Positions 1 through 9,471 of a stretch of 49,512 bases of DNA are shown here, one piece after another. Where the stretch lies: the UHGV virus genome UHGV-1368206, one strand, 5' to 3'. The stretch is from a virus. The stretch's first letter is position 1; each line of letters begins with the position of its first letter. The notes under the pieces are model-generated. The model did no database searches. It was not told where the DNA came from and saw only the letters and a list, made by a program, of their open reading frames with translations. Made by a program: the position numbers and the translations under genes.

Positions 1-362
1 TGCGCCCAGTCTGGTTTGTTTAAAACAGGCATCAGTTTAAAAGCAAGGTGCGTTGAAGTAATGCGGATGTAGTGTGTAAGCAATGCATTAGCGCAAGACG
101 AATCGATGCCTTATGAGGTTTTGAGTTGTTTTGCGCTAATTTTTTGCCCCATACATGCCCCATTAAAAATTCTGCGAGCAGCTTTCCAGATTAAAAGCAA
201 CGCCGTTTACCTCTCCCCCATCTCATGTCATCCTCTTTCGCGGTAATCATGAATTTTCGGTGCGCACCACTCTTTCGTGATTCCCTTCTTTTTCAAACTT
301 ACAGCTTCGTCCAGAACTCGTTTTTGACGCCTATACTTTCAGTCTGACCACTGGAGGTTGAT

Positions 363-1034
363 ATGTGCGGACGCTTTTCCCAGTCAATGACCCGTGAAGA
401 TTATCTTTCCTGTCTTGCCGATGAAGCCGATCGAGACATCGCATATGACCCGGAGCCGATTGGTCGATACAACGTCGCGCCCGGTACCAAAGTTTTGCTT
501 CTGAGCGAACGTGACGAACAACTACATATCGATCCTGTCTTCTGGGGTTATGCGCCAGGATGGTGGGATAAACCGCCTCTGATTAACGCACGCGTTGAAA
601 CTGCGGCCACCAGCAGGATGTTTAAGCCGCTATGGCAACATGGCCGGGCGATCTGCTTTGCTGATGGTTGGTTCGAATGGAAGAAAGAAGGCGACAAGAA
701 GCAGCCCTACTTTATCCATCGTGCCGATGGCCAGCCGATATTCATGGCCGCAATCGGAAGCACACCATTTGAACGTGGAGACGAAGCAGAAGGCTTTCTG
801 ATTGTCACCGCAGCAGCAGATAAAGGTCTGGTAGATATTCACGACCGCCGGCCGCTGGTACTTTCACCAGAAGCTGCCAGGGAATGGATGCGACAGGATA
901 TAGGAGGGAAAGAAGCCGAAGAAATATCTGCGGACGGTACGGTGCCCGCAGACAAGTTTATCTGGCACGCAGTAACGCGCGCCGTAGGAAACGTTAAGAA
1001 TCAGGGCGCAGAATTAATCGAGCCAATCACCTGA
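363..1034 (+). CDS. yedK: SRAP/YedK-family abasic-site processing protein
   Basis: N-terminal MCGRF (Cys2 nucleophile) and the overall SRAP-domain pattern (…FWGYAPGWW…PLINARVET…). A plausible ribosome-binding site (RBS) ggagg lies upstream of the ATG at 363. Confidence 0.75.
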   Translation: MCGRFSQSMTREDYLSCLADEADRDIAYDPEPIGRYNVAPGTKVLLLSERDEQLHIDPVFWGYAPGWWDKPPLINARVETAATSRMFKPLWQHGRAICFADGWFEWKKEGDKKQPYFIHRADGQPIFMAAIGSTPFERGDEAEGFLIVTAAADKGLVDIHDRRPLVLSPEAAREWMRQDIGGKEAEEISADGTVPADKFIWHAVTRAVGNVKNQGAELIEPIT

Positions 1035-2295
1035 CAACCGGTAAATCAGAGAAGCGGGTTGTATAGCGAGGAGAAAGCATTTCTCTCTTCATCTGCCAGG
1101 TGGCCTGGATCCCCTGCCCAGCAAAATAGAGTGTTCCCCTCCCGTCCTTTGCGTTGAGGTGGTCGAGAACTTCCATCAGTTTCTCGCTGTTCTGCCGTGG
1201 CGCATTGTCATCAAACAGGTTCAGCTGAGCAACACCCTGGCTATAAAAATCACCGAGCATGATCCCCGCTTTCTGATACCGGTGCCCATCGACCCATATC
1301 GCATCCAGACACTTTACCGCGGCATTGATGATATCCCGGCTATCCTGCGTGGGCGTCAGCAATTTAATGGATCCGCTGTTACCGTAGTATTTTTCGTTCA
1401 GCGCAAACGGCGACGTCTTCACGAACGCCGATATGTGTCGGCAGTATTGATGCTCCCCACGAAGTTTCTCTGCGCCTCTGGCCGCGTATGAACAGATAGC
1501 CTGGCGCATTTGCTCATAGGTGGTAATGCGCTCCCCGAACGACCGGCTGCAGACAATTTCCTGTTTCACTGGAGCAAACTCTTCCAGCTCAAGACACGGC
1601 TCGCCGCGAAGCTCCCGCACGGTTCTCTCAAGCACCACGTTGAAGTGTTTACGGATAAAGCGGATATCCGTATCAGCTAACTGCAGGACTGTTTTTATCC
1701 CCATAGCCTCAAGCTTTTTGCTGATACGGCGGCCAACACCCCACACCTCATCCACCGGAAGTAAAGCCATTAGTTTGCGCTGCCGTTCCACATTCGAAAG
1801 GTCGACAACCCCGCCAGTAGCTTTCCATGTTTTCGCCGCATGATTGGCGAGTTTTGCCAGCGTCTTTGTTTGTGCGATGCCCACCCCAACCGGAAGCCTG
1901 GTATTACGGTAAACGGTATCTTTCAGCTCATGCCCGAACTCTTCCAGCACACGGCAATTACGTACACCAGTGAGATCGCAAAAGGCCTCGTCGATGCTGT
2001 AGATTTCAACTCTGGGACACATTTCCTCAAGGGTCGTCATCACGCGGTTGCTCATATCCGCGTAGAGTTCATAGTTCGAACTGAAGCAAACCACTCCATG
2101 CCGGCGGAACTGGTCTTTGCATTTGAAGTACGGATCCCCCATCTTGATGCCAAGCTTCTTGGCTTCGGCGGAACGCGCTATCACACAACCATCGTTATTG
2201 GACAATACGACAACCGGCTTCCCTCGCAGATCTGGCCTGAAAATGGTTTCGCAGCTTGCATAGAAGCTGTTCACATCAACCAAAGCAAACATCAC
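1027..2295 (-). CDS. umuC: Y-family translesion DNA polymerase UmuC (Pol V catalytic subunit)
   Basis: 422 aa with a typical UmuC N-terminus (MFALVDVNSFYASCE…VVVLSNNDGCVIARSAEAK…). Its start overlaps the stop of the upstream ORF (ATGA coupling). Confidence 0.9.
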   Translation of the reverse strand: MMFALVDVNSFYASCETIFRPDLRGKPVVVLSNNDGCVIARSAEAKKLGIKMGDPYFKCKDQFRRHGVVCFSSNYELYADMSNRVMTTLEEMCPRVEIYSIDEAFCDLTGVRNCRVLEEFGHELKDTVYRNTRLPVGVGIAQTKTLAKLANHAAKTWKATGGVVDLSNVERQRKLMALLPVDEVWGVGRRISKKLEAMGIKTVLQLADTDIRFIRKHFNVVLERTVRELRGEPCLELEEFAPVKQEIVCSRSFGERITTYEQMRQAICSYAARGAEKLRGEHQYCRHISAFVKTSPFALNEKYYGNSGSIKLLTPTQDSRDIINAAVKCLDAIWVDGHRYQKAGIMLGDFYSQGVAQLNLFDDNAPRQNSEKLMEVLDHLNAKDGRGTLYFAGQGIQATWQMKREMLSPRYTTRFSDLPVVR

Positions 2296-2582
2296 ATCAC
2301 CGGGCAGTCATCAAAGCCAGCTTTACTGATGATGTGAGTAACCACACCTATCAACTCAACATCTGCGAGCACATCACCCTCTATGGATTCCCCATCTTCC
2401 GTAATGAGCGACCCACCAAGGAAGCGCGCAAACTGCTGTACCCCGCAATATGAGATAAGTAAAACCGCTGATGCTAATGGTGCTGATGAGCGCTCAACTA
2501 CGGCGACTCCACGTTGTGTTTCAACGAATGTTACATGCTGGCTTATGCCAGTTGTCTCGTAAAACGGTGATTGTTGAAGCAT
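2292..2582 (-). CDS. short UmuD-like ORF (possibly degenerate or internally deleted S24 peptidase)
   Basis: 96 aa, immediately downstream of a perfect LexA box and coupled to umuC by ATGA. Its C-terminus (…GESIEGDVLADVELIGVVTHII) weakly resembles UmuD (…GDSM…DGDLLIVD…FGVVTHVI). It is too short for a full S24 domain, so homology is uncertain. Confidence 0.4.
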   Translation of the reverse strand: MLQQSPFYETTGISQHVTFVETQRGVAVVERSSAPLASAVLLISYCGVQQFARFLGGSLITEDGESIEGDVLADVELIGVVTHIISKAGFDDCPVM

Positions 2583-2598
2583 GATCCGCCTCCATTGA

Positions 2599-2618
2599 TA
2601 CTGTTTTTATATACAGTA
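2599..2618. promoter_or_regulatory. LexA (SOS) box TACTGT-N8-ACAGTA
   Basis: tactgtttttatatacagta matches the CTGT-N8-ACAG consensus exactly, 16 nt upstream of the umuD-like start. Confidence 0.8.
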
Positions 2619-2776
2619 GTTTTTCTGGGGGTGGAGATCAAGATAAGTTATATCTATCAATGGATGCTGTAGTGTAAGTGACTGATGACATGATGCATTA
2701 CAAAATCGCTTCGAAGACCATGTGAATTTCATACATTAATCCAGGCGATGCAGATCTCCTGACATCGCCATACAGG

Positions 2777-3718
2777 TTAAATGTAGTACGCAGACATATT
2801 CAAAATAATGGTGGCAATCTGCGACTGATATGATTTTTTGTAGATAACCAACTCTGCGATTTTTGAGTTGGCGTTACCAGCTTCAACACTTCCGTTCACG
2901 CCACGACGAACGGCGCCAATCGTTGCCAGCGAAAGATTAAGCGCGTCTGTCGTCATCGATGCTTTTGTCGCCGTCGTCGTCGCGTCATTAAGTGTCAGCG
3001 TGCCAGCATCCCTGGTTACTCCCCAAAAAACGGGGACGTTGTTAGCAGGAGAACCATTGCCGATCGCCGTTATGTCCGTGAATGATGATGCCGTCGCCTT
3101 TCTCATCAACGTTCCGACTGATTTTCTGTCACCACCTGAATATGCGGCATTCACCTGGAACAGCATCATATCGTTATAGTTCGCCGTCTCACTATCTCTG
3201 GCAGTGAGCGACAGCGCAGTGAACGACTGAGACACTTCTCTTGGGATGGTGGCGGAGAATACTGAAAAATCAGTGCTGCCATCGTTGAACTGGCGGGCGA
3301 TGGCCTCGGGGACTTGCAGGCAGTCATTCACACCATCAAACAAAAGTGCGTTTTTGCTGTTGAAAAGGATAACGGTCCCTGACCGGATAACGACCGGCTG
3401 GTTATCAGCCACTGGCTGGAACGCATGCATTCCATTTCCGCTCTGATCGTACCAGACAGACACAAACCCGGTACCTCCGGTACCAACAAATGACTTTATT
3501 TCGTCAATATTCACAGAACCGTATCTGTCAAAAAAGTCCTGCTCCTTGTTATCAGTGCTACGGCGAATGCGGATAATTGGCCCCATATATCTGGTTCCTA
3601 TTTTACGCAGGCTGTATGCAGCAAGTGCATCAGGATATTCACCAAGGAAATTCCCTTTCCCAATATAGTTTGTAAATTCCACATCAGGGGCAATAATAGA
3701 AGTCGTTGATATCGTCAT
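2777..3718 (-). CDS. LamG/concanavalin-like domain tail-fibre or receptor-binding protein
   Basis: WYDQSGNGMHAFQ is the hallmark motif of the Laminin_G_3 jellyroll fold. Its start overlaps the stop of the upstream tailspike gene, and it is the last gene of the tail module. Confidence 0.5.
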   Translation of the reverse strand: MTISTTSIIAPDVEFTNYIGKGNFLGEYPDALAAYSLRKIGTRYMGPIIRIRRSTDNKEQDFFDRYGSVNIDEIKSFVGTGGTGFVSVWYDQSGNGMHAFQPVADNQPVVIRSGTVILFNSKNALLFDGVNDCLQVPEAIARQFNDGSTDFSVFSATIPREVSQSFTALSLTARDSETANYNDMMLFQVNAAYSGGDRKSVGTLMRKATASSFTDITAIGNGSPANNVPVFWGVTRDAGTLTLNDATTTATKASMTTDALNLSLATIGAVRRGVNGSVEAGNANSKIAELVIYKKSYQSQIATIILNMSAYYI

Positions 3719-5529
3719 TATGCTGCCTTCGCGTTGGTAACGGTAGTATTCACCACAGGATAAGATGGGTGGTCTGTATTAAGCTTATATATCTGGCCGC
3801 CTGGTTTTTTCTGTCTGATAAAATTAAATTGTGAGTTCTGAATAGGAACATCAACATTTAATGGCAGGTTAGAGAAGTTCGATGTAATGCCGTTGATAGT
3901 GATGTTTGTTAAATCCCCAAGGGATGAAGGCAAGCCATAAGCACCTGTTTGAACGATAACCTGAGTCACACTAACCGGCCCAGTATCCTCAATATCAGAT
4001 GCTGTTATATCGCTGATTTTCGCACCGTTGGTGAGCAGAATACGCAACTGGTTAGCCAACGATTTTGACTTAAGTCCGTTGATAGTGATGTTACGAATAT
4101 CATCGCCCAGTGGGCTGGATGCATCACCACTAACCTGCAATGGCCAGATGTAATTACCTGCCGGATAGCTCGTCTGCCAGTTCAGGAGTGCAGTCAGTGC
4201 AATTGTGTCATCCGACGTACTACCACTGATGTTTTCTACCAGTCCGTTGCTGCACCCCATGCGAAAATCGATACCATCTCCGTTTTTAACGGTGGTATCA
4301 AAACCGATATCGTGAAGATACATACCATCACAACCACGCTCCTGAGATATTCCCCAGCAGGTGGTTTTGCGCATGGTAAACCCGGTTAACTCATAATTTT
4401 TACAGTTGGCCAGCAAAATTCCGATAGTTCGCCACCCGTACCAGTCACCCACCCACTGAACCGGCTCGCCGCCATTGATGGGGTGCGGAGCGGTATAAGG
4501 CACATCCGGCCCCTCTATAAAACACTCATCCTTCCCGGAGCCAATAATTTTAATATTTCTGTTCTCGTTTAATTCAAGCGCTACACCATTAGGGTTAGCC
4601 GTGTCGATAACAACGCCTTTGTTTCGAATAATATTATCGAATACACCGTCAGCTAATTTTAACGTTGATGCGTTTAACGATATCGTTAAATTATCATGGG
4701 CCAGTAATGCTGAATTTCTTATCCATGTTGATGTATTCGGTACTGAGATTGTATCAACACCAAGTTCCAGAACTCCTTCACCTCCCCTGCGCTCTAAAAA
4801 GGTCAGCGCTGCCTCAATCCGATCGTGCTGGGATGTTCCTTCAAACTGATTAGGGCTGACAGTAAACTTTGCCAGAACATTAACGGCTTCTGTTTGATTT
4901 GCTGGCTCAGAATAATTGACCAGCGCCGCAATATGGGTTCTGCCCTGGGCATCAACGCCATTACATACATTTCCATATTTATCTACGGCAATTTTTACTA
5001 ACCAGCCATCATCGCTGACACTGGTTAATAAATTTTCGGCATCAAGTGTATTTGCCTGAACGGTTCCGTCCTCAAGCAGCGCGGCAGCTCGCCTTCCCAT
5101 CTTGTCTTTGAAATTTATTGCGTCGTTAGCAGTATCAGACGACGTAAATCTCTGATTCACAGCATCAAGCGCTGAATCCACAGTTCCCTGAGACGGCATT
5201 TTTCTGCCAGTCTCTGTCAGAGTCCCGCCATTATTGATGACTTCAATAGCCAGCGCGCTATCATCAGGGCTGCGGTAATACGTTGTACTGCCTTCGGGAA
5301 TATTGCCAATATCCGCCTGGGCGTCAGCCAGCGTCATGTACTGGCGGCTAAGAGGAATGAGGTTCTGACGAGCACCTTCAATTGTATAGTGCTCATTACC
5401 AAAGCGGTCGACATACTTCTCGCCCGGGCTGGTAACGATTTCATCCATTTTTGCGCCCGCAAAAACTGCATCCCGGATATCCGTACTTGGGACAGGATTC
5501 TGCGTTGGAGTCGGTAACGGTGTTGCCAT
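3718..5529 (-). CDS. tailspike with right-handed beta-helix (pectate-lyase-like), putative capsule depolymerase
   Basis: 603 aa with a conserved N-terminal anchor domain. The central region has repetitive NG/ND/T-rich beta-helix rungs (…NISGSTSDDTIAL…ITINGLKS…ITINGITS…), typical of polysaccharide-degrading tailspikes. Confidence 0.75.
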   Translation of the reverse strand: MATPLPTPTQNPVPSTDIRDAVFAGAKMDEIVTSPGEKYVDRFGNEHYTIEGARQNLIPLSRQYMTLADAQADIGNIPEGSTTYYRSPDDSALAIEVINNGGTLTETGRKMPSQGTVDSALDAVNQRFTSSDTANDAINFKDKMGRRAAALLEDGTVQANTLDAENLLTSVSDDGWLVKIAVDKYGNVCNGVDAQGRTHIAALVNYSEPANQTEAVNVLAKFTVSPNQFEGTSQHDRIEAALTFLERRGGEGVLELGVDTISVPNTSTWIRNSALLAHDNLTISLNASTLKLADGVFDNIIRNKGVVIDTANPNGVALELNENRNIKIIGSGKDECFIEGPDVPYTAPHPINGGEPVQWVGDWYGWRTIGILLANCKNYELTGFTMRKTTCWGISQERGCDGMYLHDIGFDTTVKNGDGIDFRMGCSNGLVENISGSTSDDTIALTALLNWQTSYPAGNYIWPLQVSGDASSPLGDDIRNITINGLKSKSLANQLRILLTNGAKISDITASDIEDTGPVSVTQVIVQTGAYGLPSSLGDLTNITINGITSNFSNLPLNVDVPIQNSQFNFIRQKKPGGQIYKLNTDHPSYPVVNTTVTNAKAA

Positions 5530-5612
5530 TGTGCTTGTCGCCCTATAAATGGCGCACGAAAGCCTCAGAAGTTAATCTGATGATGTGCGCGAAGTTGAAG
5601 AGTTACTGTGTG

Positions 5613-8096
5613 TTACGGATAAATAGCGTCTGAATATTCGGACAGGGTCAGCGTCTGGGTGTAATCGCCATTTGGTTTGGCAGTTTCTACACGCCAGATA
5701 CTGGAGTTAAGCTCAGTATCGGTTGCAATGAAGTAACGACTGGCAACCTGGCAGTCGGCACCATTGTAGATATTCAGATCAAAGGCATCTGCAGCAGACT
5801 GGAATGCTTTTGCATTTCCCGCCACAGGGTAGGCGCGCCAGCGTCCACGGAAGTTACCCAGACTATCCGTCATCACCACCCACATATCGCCAAACGAAAA
5901 ATCAATGCGTTCTGACGTCGTGAAGATATCGCCATTGCGGCCGGTGAGATAACCGTTCTGCTGCCTGTTGTCGTACATGTCCGGACACTGAACAACGGCG
6001 CCACGCACCACCTGTTCAGTTTCCAGTACTTTGACCGTCATGCTCATTCGTGAATAGAGAATTCTGCGCGCTTCAAGCCATGCCCGGTCAACCGCCTGAC
6101 TACGATTACGGCAACCATCCAGGCTAATCTGACTGGCGTTAACCGTTGCGTCTTCGACTTCCCGAATGCCACTGGCGTCGATCTGCAGATAAACATAGGA
6201 CTTCTTATTGGTGAGCGGGTCAACATAATCGACTGTGACACCGTCATATCCTCCCGGCAGCGACATCTGCCATGAAACCTTATATTCATCAAAGAACATG
6301 TTTGAGCGCGCAAACACCGCATCAGGATAGCTGACCTTTTCATCGCGCCAGAACGTCAGCACATCACCGATGTTGTTTCCATCGACACGGGCTGCATTGC
6401 ATATTGTGCCGAGCCTTTCACTCAGAGAAAGCTTCTCATCTGAAAAGGTGTAATCGAAATAACTGAGTTCTGGAACCGTTATTGAGTCAGCAATCGCGTA
6501 CAACGTAGCGACATCAATGCTTGAAACATCCTGCTTACCAATAACCACCCACTCATGCAGGGCGGCGTCAGCAAATGAGCGGCTTGGTCGCAGCGTGTAG
6601 TCAATCTGGCCGGTCGTCCGGTCATAGCTGATGGTATGGCGCTGAGCCAGCATGTTGTATTTCTGCTCGCGATTGCTGTTGCTATTGTTGCTCCCCTTGA
6701 TGGTCACTCTGGCGATCGTATCATCAGGATAAACAACATTGACGCGGGTGTTTACCGCGTGAATCGCCATCAGCGTGACGACGTTGCTGTCGTTGCTGTT
6801 ATCCAGCCTCTCAATTGTGACCGCATAGCGACCTACCCCGGCGGCCGGAGTGAATTTGTGCGTGGTTCGGAAGTTACGTGTCGAGACCTGATAATCGTTA
6901 TCGAAGAAGTAATCATACTGCTCTGCCGTTCCGGGGATCTGGTTGTTGTTATCGTCAACCTTCCAGAACCGGATCCGATAGCGCGTCGTACCCGCCGTTG
7001 CGCCTAACTGAACCATCGCATGAACCCAGATTTGAGAAGACTCAAGGGGAGAGACCGACGGACCAATGACCAGCGGAGTCTGATCGTTCAGGGTAAAGAG
7101 TGTCAGATTGATTGTCGCATTCGCGGGTAAAGTGGTGATTTCTCCGGTCATGTCACCAAGATAAAACGTGGTGTATGACTGCGTGTCCTCGCCAATAAAG
7201 CTCTCTGAATAGACAATATTCCCGCTACCGGTGACATTCCTGGTAACAGGGCTCCCACCTGAGTTCCAGGTTGCATTAATCACGAAGGTAACCGGATGAG
7301 GCACAGCCAGCGCAGCAAAATATGAGAAATTGTCGTCATTGGACAGCACCGTCGCTTTAAGCTGGTTGCTCTCAATGCTTATTGCGGTCGGCGTGGATGT
7401 GGTCGCCGTCTGTGCCGGAAAATCCTCACTCTCATTCAGCCCAGGCACTTCTTCGTTATCGATATCATCGAACTGATACCCAACGTCAATGGTGCCTATC
7501 GTCGCGCCCGGGTCGAAAATCTGGTAACTGGCGCCGGCCAGACTCCCCAGATTCGATTCTGAATACCTGACAGAGGAAATGGTGTATTTCCCTATCCCCA
7601 CTTCAAACCATTCAGTGATGTATTTGTTGTTGTCGATGAACTCGAACAGCGCCTGCTGCGTCAGATCCGGAAACACCCTGCACTGCCCGTAAATGTTCGG
7701 TCGCCCTTTGTACAGTCTGGCGCGGTTAGTTTGTCCGGTGGCATCGTTATTTGGTGATTCGCCAGTCGAAATTGACGGAGCAGAGGCATTTTGCTGCCCG
7801 GTGATCCCCGACAGCACCTTTTTGGTAAAGCGGATCGGGTTGAGGTGCTCTACAGGGTTGAGCAACGTCTTCAACAGGCCGCCGCTCTCTGGCTGGTCAA
7901 AAACCGCTACCACGTCTCCGGCGCGCAGCTTAAACGACAAATCAAAATCATCGTTCAGCTCACGACCATTCAGGCGCACCTTCACATTATTGTGCAGCCT
8001 GAGCGAGTCCAGTAATGCTATCAACTCAGTACCGGGTGCCGTCGCTCCATGCTGTTTCGGCGCGCCAGGCAGGCGCTGCAGCTCATATCGAACCAT
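5613..8096 (-). CDS. central tail fibre / host-specificity protein (lambda J-like)
   Basis: About 827 aa from the ATG at 8096 (MVRYELQRLPG…), placed directly after an NlpC/P60 tail protein as in lambda K-I-J. The ORF track's extension to 8201 is probably spurious. Confidence 0.65.
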   Translation of the reverse strand: MVRYELQRLPGAPKQHGATAPGTELIALLDSLRLHNNVKVRLNGRELNDDFDLSFKLRAGDVVAVFDQPESGGLLKTLLNPVEHLNPIRFTKKVLSGITGQQNASAPSISTGESPNNDATGQTNRARLYKGRPNIYGQCRVFPDLTQQALFEFIDNNKYITEWFEVGIGKYTISSVRYSESNLGSLAGASYQIFDPGATIGTIDVGYQFDDIDNEEVPGLNESEDFPAQTATTSTPTAISIESNQLKATVLSNDDNFSYFAALAVPHPVTFVINATWNSGGSPVTRNVTGSGNIVYSESFIGEDTQSYTTFYLGDMTGEITTLPANATINLTLFTLNDQTPLVIGPSVSPLESSQIWVHAMVQLGATAGTTRYRIRFWKVDDNNNQIPGTAEQYDYFFDNDYQVSTRNFRTTHKFTPAAGVGRYAVTIERLDNSNDSNVVTLMAIHAVNTRVNVVYPDDTIARVTIKGSNNSNSNREQKYNMLAQRHTISYDRTTGQIDYTLRPSRSFADAALHEWVVIGKQDVSSIDVATLYAIADSITVPELSYFDYTFSDEKLSLSERLGTICNAARVDGNNIGDVLTFWRDEKVSYPDAVFARSNMFFDEYKVSWQMSLPGGYDGVTVDYVDPLTNKKSYVYLQIDASGIREVEDATVNASQISLDGCRNRSQAVDRAWLEARRILYSRMSMTVKVLETEQVVRGAVVQCPDMYDNRQQNGYLTGRNGDIFTTSERIDFSFGDMWVVMTDSLGNFRGRWRAYPVAGNAKAFQSAADAFDLNIYNGADCQVASRYFIATDTELNSSIWRVETAKPNGDYTQTLTLSEYSDAIYP

Positions 8097-8478
8097 GAAC
8101 CAGATACTCCACTTTGTTGAATTTTTTCGCCAGGATGACCATGCTGTCAGCGCGCACAAACCCGAATTCACCGCGGGAATGCAGGCATTTAACCGGGTCA
8201 AGCATTACGCCCACATGAACAGGGCGATCGGCGTAATAAAACACGCCGAGGCAGCCCGGCGATGCCACCGGTACCGATCGCCAGTGGGAAGATTCCTCTG
8301 AGTAGCAGGTGATGAAGTCGGCGCCCGATTCGTAGCCGGGAATATGATGCAACTCCAGACCGAGCACATGACGGTAATACAGCACCACCAGACCCCAGCA
8401 ATCCATCTGCTCAAAACAACAGGCACGGTTAACCCACGGCTTGCCATTCACAAGCCGGATAAATTCGCTCTGCGTCAT
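8083..8478 (-). CDS. NlpC/P60-family tail assembly protein (lambda K-like)
   Basis: A Cys…His…His papain-like triad is spaced correctly (DCWGLV…VHVGVML…LHSRG). It sits in the tail-tip module. Confidence 0.7.
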   Translation of the reverse strand: MTQSEFIRLVNGKPWVNRACCFEQMDCWGLVVLYYRHVLGLELHHIPGYESGADFITCYSEESSHWRSVPVASPGCLGVFYYADRPVHVGVMLDPVKCLHSRGEFGFVRADSMVILAKKFNKVEYLVHGSI

Positions 8479-8945
8479 ACGGTAATCAGTCCTGGATAGT
8501 CTTTCGTGGTGTAAATAATGGGATTGGCCAGCGTCAGGGGATTGGTCTTTCCGGAATTAACGGTGACGTTTGTGCCGTCGGCGCCGACATCCTTCACGAA
8601 CAGTGACCAGGTCTTCATCGGCGAAGCATCACCGATTGCATTCCACTGTTGATACTTACACGTGATAGCCGTCATCCTGGCGGCACCTGTCCATGCTTTT
8701 AGCGTGTTTCTGACCTCTTCAGCCCCCTGCAGGAAGGTGATCCCCATCGTGATGATGGCTGACCCGTTCTGGGTCGGTTCTGTGATATCAAACGCTGCCG
8801 GTTGATACAGGTTGCCGCCAAACGCCGCCTCCTGAAAAAGCTTGTTCACTACACGGTAATAACCAAATGCCGGGTGATAAAACTCGATGGTCTGTTTGAT
8901 ATCACTCGCCGGCCGCCGCTCCTTCCATTCGCGCAATGTTGTCAT
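8475..8945 (-). CDS. minor tail protein (lambda L-like position)
   Basis: 156 aa, ATGA-coupled between the distal tail protein and the NlpC/P60 gene. The call rests on synteny only. Confidence 0.5.
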   Translation of the reverse strand: MTTLREWKERRPASDIKQTIEFYHPAFGYYRVVNKLFQEAAFGGNLYQPAAFDITEPTQNGSAIITMGITFLQGAEEVRNTLKAWTGAARMTAITCKYQQWNAIGDASPMKTWSLFVKDVGADGTNVTVNSGKTNPLTLANPIIYTTKDYPGLITV

Positions 8946-9445
8946 AAATTACCTCCCGGATATTCCGGCATAACCTCTGTGACAAGCAGGTCATAGAGAT
9001 ATTCTGTACCAGGAACCATCCCAACGATCCAGTCGTCGTATTGCTCGGTATAGTCATTCATGCCGTTTGACAGAACCGTCGCCGTCCAGGTCACCACCCC
9101 GCCATTTTTGCTGGTTTGCACCGGCATGTTGATGAAGTGAAGCGTCTGCAGCTGCGGGCCGTAAGTGTCGCCAAGGTCTATCCGCATCTGGAACCAGTTA
9201 CGCCCGCGGTCACAGTAAGTCGGCGACCGTAGCCAGGACTTAAACACTTCCGCCTGCTTAAGAGTGAATATCCACTGAAGAGTCCAGGTTGTTTTCAGGT
9301 CCGTTGTAAACGGAGTGAATATTGCTGGCCCGACTGCCGGCTGCGTTGTCTGCCAGCCGGTATCCTGTGTCATGTTCTGGCTGGCGCGCTGCGGAAGGGG
9401 TAGAAATTCCGGGTATGAAACTGTTGCCACGTTTCCTCCGGGCAT
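8942..9445 (-). CDS. distal/minor tail protein (lambda M-like position)
   Basis: 167 aa, the first gene after the tape-measure/moron block and coupled to the downstream gene. The call rests on synteny. Confidence 0.5.
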   Translation of the reverse strand: MPGGNVATVSYPEFLPLPQRASQNMTQDTGWQTTQPAVGPAIFTPFTTDLKTTWTLQWIFTLKQAEVFKSWLRSPTYCDRGRNWFQMRIDLGDTYGPQLQTLHFINMPVQTSKNGGVVTWTATVLSNGMNDYTEQYDDWIVGMVPGTEYLYDLLVTEVMPEYPGGNL

Positions 9446-9468
9446 TAAAAAACCCGCCTGAGCGGGTT
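9445..9468 (-). terminator. intrinsic terminator hairpin (cccgc…gcggg + U6) after the HEPN gene
   Basis: The minus strand reads aacccgctcaggcgggtttttt. Confidence 0.55.
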
Positions 9469-9471
9469 GGG

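Noticed and set aside
1-362. Searched the left end for a tRNA/tmRNA attachment site
   Set aside because: There is no cloverleaf-compatible sequence or CCA-end context. The integrase is at the other end, so the att core probably lies just beyond 49482.
1159-2337. Plus-strand ORFs of 110, 107 and 165 aa
   Set aside because: They lie entirely antisense within umuC, whose N-terminus is unmistakable, so they are shadow ORFs.
5613-8201. Full 862-aa ORF as given in the track
   Set aside because: The first 35 codons (MTRLNACIPAVNSGLCALTAWSSW…) overlap the NlpC/P60 gene and look non-coding. The ATG at 8096 (MVRYELQRLPG) is the likely start.
7693-8301. 202-aa plus-strand ORF
   Set aside because: It is antisense to the J-like gene and NlpC/P60 gene junction.
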